A model generated the notes under the pieces. That model was not told the origin of the DNA and ran no database searches. It saw nothing but the letters and a program-made list of their open reading frames with translations. A program made the position numbers and the translations under genes. A stretch of 57,109 nucleotides of DNA from positions 281,062 to 338,170 of the forward strand of contig JAIOOW010000002.1 in assembly GCA_021414205.1 (NCBI GenBank). Reading direction: 5' to 3'. Numbering within the stretch: the stretch's first letter is position 1; each line of letters begins with the position of its first letter. Below, piece by piece: positions 50,027 to 57,109 of the stretch. This stretch comes from Candidatus Anderseniibacteriota bacterium. GTDB taxonomy: Bacteria; Patescibacteriota; Andersenbacteria; UBA10190.

Positions 50027-50635
50027 TTACAAATGTTTTTCAATTCGCCTATCTGGAATAAACCACAACACTAAAACGAGTACGATAAACGCATCCGACA
50101 AAATCGGCCAATAAAACCCAGTTACTACCGCAAGAGCATAGCTAACTACCGACACTATTCCCTTTCTGCTACTTCGCAATTCTTGTTCTAATTTTTCTCG
50201 CTTACTCGCATGCTTTACTACCTGAGACTGAAGTAACGCGTATGATACTGCGCAGCACAGCAACACGGCAGCATACACAACAGTCGGCGCATGCTGAGCG
50301 TAATTTCGGCCTAACCAGCCAGTAGTAAACGGTATTAGTGAAAGCCAAAACAAGAGATTAAGATTCGCCCACATGATTCCGGCGCTAATATGCTTCGTTG
50401 CCCGTAAAAGATGGTGGTGATTATTCCAGTACGTCCCTATCGTGTGAAAACTGATTACATATGCAATACCAAGGGGTATAAGTGGCTGTAATGCGGTAAA
50501 CGTATGCGCCTCGGGTATATGAAGCTCCAAAACGGTAATAGTAATAATAATCGCCATAACCGCATCGGAAAACGCCTCCAGTCGGGCTGGGGTGAGCTCA
50601 TTGTGACTCGAAGTATCATCATGCTGCGTATTCAT
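50027..50635 (-). CDS. TMEM175-family potassium channel
   Basis: RLEAFSDAVMAIIITITVLEL, YWNNHHH, LIPFTTGW. Confidence 0.92.
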   Translation of the reverse strand: MNTQHDDTSSHNELTPARLEAFSDAVMAIIITITVLELHIPEAHTFTALQPLIPLGIAYVISFHTIGTYWNNHHHLLRATKHISAGIMWANLNLLFWLSLIPFTTGWLGRNYAQHAPTVVYAAVLLCCAVSYALLQSQVVKHASKREKLEQELRSSRKGIVSVVSYALAVVTGFYWPILSDAFIVLVLVLWFIPDRRIEKHL

Positions 50636-50639
50636 TTTA

Positions 50640-51524
50640 TTATGGTAGCACAGTAAAAAATTCCGCCGGAAACGTAGGTGATTTTTCTAACCTGAAATCA
50701 GTATGAATAATGGCATACTCAAACTGAAAGTCACGCAATAATACTTCCGGAGAGGTAAAAAATAAGCACGTCGCAAGCGCATCCGCAAGGAGCCCGGTGT
50801 CTGCGACAACCCACAAAGCAATAATATGCTCTGGCGACGACAACGTCTTCGGATTCATCACATGATGGAACCTTCCCCATTTGCGCCTATTTGTTGCAGA
50901 GCCGCAAATGCTTTGATTACCAATATCAGCAATCCCGACAACTTTTTTACTATCAGCAGGATCCTCCAACCCTATGCGAACTTTTTTATTGTCAGTATCG
51001 CGATGAACAATATCGCCCCCGGCATTTATTAAAAACGAATCTATGCCATGCGAAACGAGCAAGTCAGCAATAATATCGACCAAGTATCCCTTGCCGCCAG
51101 CACCAACGTCTATAATAGCAGGCTGTTTCATACTGAGTACGGGATATTCATACTGCATGACATCCTCCCATGCAGGAACATTTCTCAACTGCTTTTCCTG
51201 AAATGAATAAGAACTATCATATCCGGCATCAGATAATACATTACCAATCAGTGGCGTAAACAAGCCGTTCGTAATATCGTAGAGCTTCTTATAAAGGCTC
51301 AACAACTTCCGAGCATCATCAGGCAACACATATTCTCCAGCATTTCGAGACATCGCCATCACAACAGAATCGTCCCTGAATCTTGAATATATTTTATCAA
51401 ATTCATCTATTCTGCGCAGTATGCTTGCCTGCAAATCGGCAGAAAAAGACTCATTGGAAATATCAATCTGCCAGTGCGTACCAATTGCTTCAAAAGAGAA
51501 GCTGCGATTTTCATGTTCTGCCAT
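50640..51524 (-). CDS. apbE: FAD:protein FMN transferase
   Basis: FEAIGT, YSRFRDDS, IDVGAGGKGYLVD, INAGGDI, HHVMNPKT, ADALATCL. Confidence 0.92.
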   Translation of the reverse strand: MAEHENRSFSFEAIGTHWQIDISNESFSADLQASILRRIDEFDKIYSRFRDDSVVMAMSRNAGEYVLPDDARKLLSLYKKLYDITNGLFTPLIGNVLSDAGYDSSYSFQEKQLRNVPAWEDVMQYEYPVLSMKQPAIIDVGAGGKGYLVDIIADLLVSHGIDSFLINAGGDIVHRDTDNKKVRIGLEDPADSKKVVGIADIGNQSICGSATNRRKWGRFHHVMNPKTLSSPEHIIALWVVADTGLLADALATCLFFTSPEVLLRDFQFEYAIIHTDFRLEKSPTFPAEFFTVLP

Positions 51525-51546
51525 AGTGCAATGCTACACTGTATAC

Positions 51547-51717
51547 ATGGTTTCAAAAATACTTATCTGGATAGGAGTATTCATCGGATCTTCACTAGGA
51601 GGATTTATTCCAAGCCTGTTCGGAGCGGATTTATTATCATACTGGGGGCTTATTGGAAGCTCCGTAGGCGGCCTGCTCGGGATTTGGGCAGGAGCGAAAC
51701 TAAGCAATTACGTATAA
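51547..51717 (+). CDS. Small Gly-rich membrane protein (56 aa)
   Basis: MVSKILIWIGVFIGSSLGGFIPSLFGA...GGLLGIWAGAKL. Confidence 0.7.
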   Translation: MVSKILIWIGVFIGSSLGGFIPSLFGADLLSYWGLIGSSVGGLLGIWAGAKLSNYV

Positions 51718-51722
51718 ATACC

Positions 51723-51863
51723 CTACGAATTAAACAGATGCACGATGCTGTACGCCAATAGTCCGAATACGATAATAGCGATAACAATCCAAATCAAAAC
51801 CTCTTCAACCCAGTGCCAAAAAGAGAACACGTAATAATCTTTTTTCTTCTCACGCTTTGCCAT
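51723..51863 (-). CDS. Small single-TM protein (46 aa; not in ORF track)
   Basis: Manual translation MAKREKKKDYYVFSFWHWVEEVLIWIVIAIIVFGLLAYSIVHLFNS; overlaps the end of the VOC gene. Confidence 0.5.
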   Translation of the reverse strand: MAKREKKKDYYVFSFWHWVEEVLIWIVIAIIVFGLLAYSIVHLFNS

Positions 51864-52734
51864 AAAAGGCTTCCTTCAATGCCGCTATATCGAACTTTTT
51901 CATTGCAAGAAATGCTTTCGTAACTCGCATCATTTTTTCCTTATCGCCACTTGCCATCATTTCACCCATAACAGTAGGTACGATTTGCCACGATACGCCA
52001 TATTTGTCTTTCAGCCATCCGCACTGCTCAGATTCAGGCACTGCAGATAGTTTTTCCCAATAGTAATCAATCTCCTGCTGATCAGCACAATGCACAATAA
52101 ACGAGAATGCTTCATTGAACGTAAACTGGTGCGGCCCGGAACTGTCCATTGCCATAAAATTCTCGCCATTCAATGTAAATCGAGAATGCTTGATGAAGCC
52201 TTCCTGATCGCCTTCGTCCTTTTCGTATGGCACCAGCATTTCTGTTTTTGAATTCGGGAAAATATTTGTATAAAACTCAATAGCTTCCTTTGTTTTTCCC
52301 GCCTTGTCTTGAGTGAACATCATGAGCGGAGTAATTTTTTGTTCCATTTTATGATTATCGCTCCATGACAACTGCCAGGTAAGCCCGTATGTATCTTGCA
52401 GCCATCCATATTTATGCGCCCACGGATACGTATCGTAATCCATAAGTGCCTTGCCGCCGTCAATGAGCGCATCCCAAGTCGCCTTGATATCTGCTTCATT
52501 ATCAAATACAACGAACAATGATATGGCTGGGTTGAGCTTAAAATAAGGCCCTGCGCTTATAGCCATAAATGGCTGTCCTGCCATAGTAAAATTCACGATA
52601 TCAGAATCCCCCGACGGGGTGCCTGTAATGGTTGTAGCATTCGTAATCTTCGAATCAGGAAACAACGAGATATACAATGCCGCTGCCTCTTTTGCTTCTT
52701 TATCAAACCAAAGATGTGGCGTTATGTTTTGCAT
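51850..52734 (-). CDS. VOC family protein (tandem 3-dmu-9_3-mt/PhnB-like domains)
   Basis: ITPHLWFD, YGWLQDTYGLTWQL, QCGWLKDKYGVSWQIVP, MKKFDIAAL. Confidence 0.92.
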   Translation of the reverse strand: MQNITPHLWFDKEAKEAAALYISLFPDSKITNATTITGTPSGDSDIVNFTMAGQPFMAISAGPYFKLNPAISLFVVFDNEADIKATWDALIDGGKALMDYDTYPWAHKYGWLQDTYGLTWQLSWSDNHKMEQKITPLMMFTQDKAGKTKEAIEFYTNIFPNSKTEMLVPYEKDEGDQEGFIKHSRFTLNGENFMAMDSSGPHQFTFNEAFSFIVHCADQQEIDYYWEKLSAVPESEQCGWLKDKYGVSWQIVPTVMGEMMASGDKEKMMRVTKAFLAMKKFDIAALKEAFYGKA

Positions 52735-52777
52735 ACTGATTTATATATAAAAAGTAATCTTAATGTAATACTACCTG

Positions 52778-52825
52778 AAAATAAAAATTCCTCACATCGG
52801 GCGCAAATTGCAGCCGTGCGAGGAG
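52778..52825 (-). terminator. Intrinsic terminator (minus strand)
   Basis: Minus strand CTCCTCGCACGG...CCGATGTGAGGAA followed by TTTTTATTTT. Confidence 0.65.
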
Positions 52826-52837
52826 TAGGCCTCAGAG

Positions 52838-53530
52838 TTAAAATTTCTGAGGTTCAGGAATGGGGTTGGTTAAGTATTGAGCAAGCTCTTCTTGCAATTG
52901 CTCAATAGTTTTGTCGTTGCTACTTACAATCACGCCATTGTATAGGCCCGACTGACGATAGCGGAGCTGGTTCTGATAAAAGCCCGCAACACGATCCTCC
53001 ACTTCCTCTGATGGGATGTTTGAACGATTGATAATTCGCTGCCGAACTGTCTCTTTGCAATCACACACTACAAGCAGCTTAAGAACGCGTTTATCACGCT
53101 CCTGCATAAACTTTTCCAAGTCCGGCACCTTGTCATGCACGAGGTGCATAATCGACGGAACTTCTTGCAGAATCGCCCGTTCGAGATCCACCCTTCTGGT
53201 TGCATATCGATCGTGGCCTGCGTTTTGTGGTCGCCTCTGACCCTGCACCGACCATAAGAAGTGGCCGTTGAACAGCAACGTATTAAACTCGCGATCCGTA
53301 AGGAATTCATACTCCTCATCCTGTCCCGGTCCTCGTGATTCGCGAGTAGTGCAACTTTTGATCAACGCAGTGCCAGGAGAAAGCCCCTGAAGCGCCTTCA
53401 CCAAAAAATTCTTTCCGGTTCCAGAGTTTCCCGAAACGCTAATGAGATGGATATCAGAATGAATCACCAAGGATTCACTATGCTCCATACAGCCAGTAAG
53501 GCTATGAGAAGGAACCACAGCCGAAATCAT
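52838..53530 (-). CDS. Guanylate kinase-like protein
   Basis: SVSGNSGTGKN, SCTTRESR, EYEFLTDREF, RYAT; SD TAGGAG; boxA-like AGTTCTTTACCCAAC and promoter TTGCTT-N16-TAGAAT upstream. Confidence 0.8.
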   Translation of the reverse strand: MISAVVPSHSLTGCMEHSESLVIHSDIHLISVSGNSGTGKNFLVKALQGLSPGTALIKSCTTRESRGPGQDEEYEFLTDREFNTLLFNGHFLWSVQGQRRPQNAGHDRYATRRVDLERAILQEVPSIMHLVHDKVPDLEKFMQERDKRVLKLLVVCDCKETVRQRIINRSNIPSEEVEDRVAGFYQNQLRYRQSGLYNGVIVSSNDKTIEQLQEELAQYLTNPIPEPQKF

Positions 53531-53630
53531 CGTAACATCTCCTATTTTCCGTTGGGTAAAGAACTCCTGAAACAACCGCCTGAAACATTCTATGCAATGA
53601 CAGAAAAAAAGCAATAGTCGATTTTTACGC

Positions 53631-56600
53631 TTATTTCTGCAAACGCGCCTCTATCTTTATAGCCTGACGATAATACAGAATTGGAATTAATCCGAGCGTC
53701 AAAATTGTCGAAAATACCAAGCCTGTAAGAATAGTTAATGCTAAGTCGCGGAAGAATGCATCCACCCATACAAGCGGAATAATACCCAAACCTGTCGTTG
53801 TAGTCGTAAGCAGGATCGGTCGGAGTCGAGACGCTGCACTATCGCGCACCGCCTCTCGAATAGATTTTCCTTCTTCGCGCGCGCTGTTCATGCGATCTAC
53901 TAATAAAATAGCGTTCTTTACAACGATACCCGTTAAGCTCACGAGCCCAATAAATGCCGCAAAGTTGAGCTCTCCGCGCAAAATAACTAATCCAAACAGC
54001 ACGCCGATAAGCGCAAGCGGAATAGATAAGAACATAATGAACGGCTGACGATACGAATTAAATTCAACAACCATAATCATTAAAATCAGCACCACTGCAA
54101 TGCCCATCGATGCATATAATTGGGTAAACGTTTCTTGCGTCTGCTGCTGTTCTCCACCGAATGTAACAACATATCCATCAGGAATATTCATTTCAGAAAT
54201 TTTTTGCTGAAGCTCTTTAGTAATTTGATTGGCATTGGCTCCGTTTGCCACATCAGCAGTTATAGATACCGTTCGCTTGCCATCCAAATGACGAATAATA
54301 TCAATGGATGTTGCAAGCGTGGGAGATACCACCTGCTGCAGCGTAATCGTAGCGCCGCTAGGGGTCGTAATGGGCAATTGCAACAACTCATCAATACTGT
54401 TTTTTGTATCCTTTTGCGCAGATAATCGAACAGAAATCTTATCTCCGTTACTATCCAAGAAATTAGTAGCTTCAATACCATACACTACCGTCCGCATCGT
54501 TTGCGCAATATCGGTTGCAGTTAGCCCATATGAAGCAAGCGCATCGCGATTAAGCGATAAATTGAATTGCCCAGCACTATTTTTAAGATCACGGTCAACG
54601 TTTGTAGTTCCTGATATTCCAGACAACACTTTCATGATTGCAGTAGATTGCTCATCAAGTACATCCAATTCTGCCCCTTTTAAGTGAACCTCTATCGGAG
54701 CAGATGTAGGCGGACCTGAAGAAATTTCTGCAATCGTAACTTTTCCATCAGAAACACTTTGTAAGCTCTTGCGTAATTCATCAGAAATTTCTGCAGAAGA
54801 ATGCTTTCTATTTTTATACAAGTTCAATGAAAACGACCCAAGCGATTCGCTTGAAGATCCTCCGCCCAAATCAGCGCTCGTAGACGATCCAACGTTGAAT
54901 ACCGCGCTTTCAATTTCATCTTGCTGCAGTACAATATCCTCAACTTCTTGCATCACATGAGCCGTCGCGTCTTTTGTCGAACCAGGAGCAAGCTCCACGT
55001 TACCAATAACGTAATCAGTATCTGCTGCGGGAAACAACCCCGTTTTCAAAAGACCGGTAAACGGCAAGCTCAATCCCACGACCATCAACACAACCAACCC
55101 TACAATAAATTTATTTTGAAATGACCGGTTTTGGAGTGCGCTATCAATCGTGCGCGTATACCATGCGGAAAGAATTAAAAACTTTTTTGTAAACCATCGC
55201 TCTTCTTTCCGTTCTTTTTGCACTGCGAAAAATCGTACTGCAACTGCTGGCAATAAGGCGACTGCCACAAACAAAGATGATAACAGAGTAGCTGTAAGTA
55301 CGATTGGGATTGTTCTCAAAAATTGACCGATAATTCCAGAAACCAACAACATCGGGAAAAATGCAGATACAGTAGTAAGTGTTCCCGCAGTAAGTGGCTT
55401 GAAGAATTCAGATACGATATATCCTGCATGGTCAGCAAGGGGCAAGTCGCTTTTCCGTGAATATATTCCGTCGATAATAACAATAGCGTCATCCACTAAT
55501 AACCCGAGCGCTAAAATGAGCGCGAATAATGAAATGCTATTTAATGTCGTACCGTTCCACCCAAAGAAAATAAAGGATATAAACAAGGTGAATGGCACAG
55601 CAAGCGAAGCTAGAAGCGCTTCTCTCCACCCTAAGTAGAGCCACAATACGCAAAATACAATAGCCAGAGTTTCCAACCCAGCATCCCCAACATCGCGGAG
55701 AGATTTCCGAATTTCGTCCGCATTATCTGCAAATGAAGACACTTTCAAATCAGCTGGAAGAAGCTGCTGTTTTTGCATGTCCGCAATTTTTGCGTGCACC
55801 GCATCTACAATAGCAATAATGTTTCCTCCGGATTTTTTACGGATTGCAATACTGACCGCCTCAGTACTTTTCTGCCCGTTCACGCTAATTCGAGACTCGC
55901 TTGAAATATCCGACAACTCCTGTGCAACTGTTGCAATTTGAGATAATGGCACAACTGCTCCACTCTGAATTTTAATTGGAATATTCGCAACATCAGAGAT
56001 AGATTGGTATTTTCCCACTAAACGCAACTCATAACCGAATGACCCAGTCGTAACTGAGCCAAATGGAGCATTAATATTATTCGCACGGATTGCCTGAGCA
56101 ATTTGCCCGATACTCACCCCATAACTCTTCAGTACTTGAGGCTCTACTTTAATACCAATCTCCTCAGTGCGTTCTCCAATAATATCCGCGTGAGAAACTT
56201 GCGGAATCGTCGCAATCTGGTCCGCAATTTGCTTTGCATACAATGACAGAATTCGCGTATCCGTGATGCCGCTTAATCCCAACGTAAGAATCGACTGATC
56301 ATTAAAATTTAATTCAATAACAGAGGGACGCTCCGATTCAGAAGGCAGCGCCGTAACGGCGTCGACTGCCTCTCGCAATTTCCGTACCGCCTCGGTTTGA
56401 TTTTGATCTGCATTATATTCCACCGTAATACTGGAAAGTCCAAGCTGAGAACTCGATGTAATTTTACTTACTCCATCCAAGTTTTTAATATCATCCTCAA
56501 TAGGGGTCGTGATCAATTCCTCCACATCGCGCGCAGAAGATCCGGGATACGCAGTAACAATAAGCGCAATCGGCACTTTGATTTCCGGACTTGCTTCGCG

Positions 56601-56702
56601 AGGCAGATTAATCGCCGTATAAGTGCCGTAAATGCCCAGCGCAATAATAATAAGAAATGTAACCCGATATGAACGGATAAAATACGAAAGAATCTTGCTC
56701 AT
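53631..56702 (-). CDS. RND efflux permease (AcrB/AcrD/AcrF family)
   Basis: 1023 aa; YPGSSARDVE, LGLLVDDAIVI, GIVVKNAILLVD, RLRPILLT. Confidence 0.95.
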   Translation of the reverse strand: MSKILSYFIRSYRVTFLIIIALGIYGTYTAINLPREASPEIKVPIALIVTAYPGSSARDVEELITTPIEDDIKNLDGVSKITSSSQLGLSSITVEYNADQNQTEAVRKLREAVDAVTALPSESERPSVIELNFNDQSILTLGLSGITDTRILSLYAKQIADQIATIPQVSHADIIGERTEEIGIKVEPQVLKSYGVSIGQIAQAIRANNINAPFGSVTTGSFGYELRLVGKYQSISDVANIPIKIQSGAVVPLSQIATVAQELSDISSESRISVNGQKSTEAVSIAIRKKSGGNIIAIVDAVHAKIADMQKQQLLPADLKVSSFADNADEIRKSLRDVGDAGLETLAIVFCVLWLYLGWREALLASLAVPFTLFISFIFFGWNGTTLNSISLFALILALGLLVDDAIVIIDGIYSRKSDLPLADHAGYIVSEFFKPLTAGTLTTVSAFFPMLLVSGIIGQFLRTIPIVLTATLLSSLFVAVALLPAVAVRFFAVQKERKEERWFTKKFLILSAWYTRTIDSALQNRSFQNKFIVGLVVLMVVGLSLPFTGLLKTGLFPAADTDYVIGNVELAPGSTKDATAHVMQEVEDIVLQQDEIESAVFNVGSSTSADLGGGSSSESLGSFSLNLYKNRKHSSAEISDELRKSLQSVSDGKVTIAEISSGPPTSAPIEVHLKGAELDVLDEQSTAIMKVLSGISGTTNVDRDLKNSAGQFNLSLNRDALASYGLTATDIAQTMRTVVYGIEATNFLDSNGDKISVRLSAQKDTKNSIDELLQLPITTPSGATITLQQVVSPTLATSIDIIRHLDGKRTVSITADVANGANANQITKELQQKISEMNIPDGYVVTFGGEQQQTQETFTQLYASMGIAVVLILMIMVVEFNSYRQPFIMFLSIPLALIGVLFGLVILRGELNFAAFIGLVSLTGIVVKNAILLVDRMNSAREEGKSIREAVRDSAASRLRPILLTTTTTGLGIIPLVWVDAFFRDLALTILTGLVFSTILTLGLIPILYYRQAIKIEARLQK

Positions 56703-56705
56703 AAC

Positions 56706-57109
56706 CTAAGAATTACTCTCAACACTTACATGATCGCCATCACGAAGCGTTCGATTACCTGAAGTTATAACTACGGCCGAGGCAGGAAGATCCACGCTAC
56801 CTTCAACATAATTATTATAATAATGAATAGGCGTGAACGCGCGCTCTCTTACTACTCCGTCTTGCACCGTAAGAACCACAGCTCCGCTTTGGCGAACATT
56901 GACTGCATTCAGAGGAATAAATACCGTGCCAACCTGTTGTACACTCATTGGTAATTTTACCGTTACTGTACTATGCGCTTGAACTGCTCCCACAAGCGTA
57001 ATATTCACTTGCCACAATGCCGTATCGGACCCAGCACTGGATGAAAGTGCCGAGATTGTCCCAACCTGCTTTTCCCCATCAACAATCACATCAAGCAATT
57101 GCCCGACAT
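56706..57109 (-). CDS. RND periplasmic adaptor, C-terminal part; 5' truncated by the window
   Basis: Open to the window end; FIPLNAV...VITSGNRTLRDGDHV; directly upstream of the RND permease. Confidence 0.75.
   Translation of the reverse strand, partial: VGQLLDVIVDGEKQVGTISALSSSAGSDTALWQVNITLVGAVQAHSTVTVKLPMSVQQVGTVFIPLNAVNVRQSGAVVLTVQDGVVRERAFTPIHYYNNYVEGSVDLPASAVVITSGNRTLRDGDHVSVESNS

Overview
A 57-kb gene-dense bacterial chromosome segment under genetic code 11. Gene content and style suggest a Patescibacteria/CPR (Parcubacteria-like) genome; this is inference, as no marker gene is in view. Recognisable genes include a MacAB-type ABC exporter operon, pirin and VOC proteins, a bcp/msrA/thioredoxin/ccdA redox cluster and an OmpR-family two-component pair. 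Also present: an RnfD-like/FNR fusion with an FMN-binding protein and ApbE, an NhaD-like antiporter, a heterodimeric ABC exporter, GT-C glycosyltransferases, a class A PBP, pyk, eno and an AcrB-family RND pump. No rRNA, tRNA, CRISPR array, integrase or transposase was recognised. Five observations stand out. (1) About 14 mostly orphan genes are built as self-contained units: sigma70 promoter, boxA-like motif, Shine-Dalgarno, ORF, intrinsic terminator, with exact 24- and 27-bp repeats shared between units. (2) One such orphan ends in a sigma54 Region-I-like segment. (3) Two adjacent membrane-anchored surface proteins appear to carry complementary halves of one Ig-like domain. (4) A compact riboswitch-like element lies directly upstream of the nhaD-like gene. 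(5) A multi-stem structured leader lies at about 48.9-49.0 kb. All family calls come from motif recognition by eye; no searches were run.
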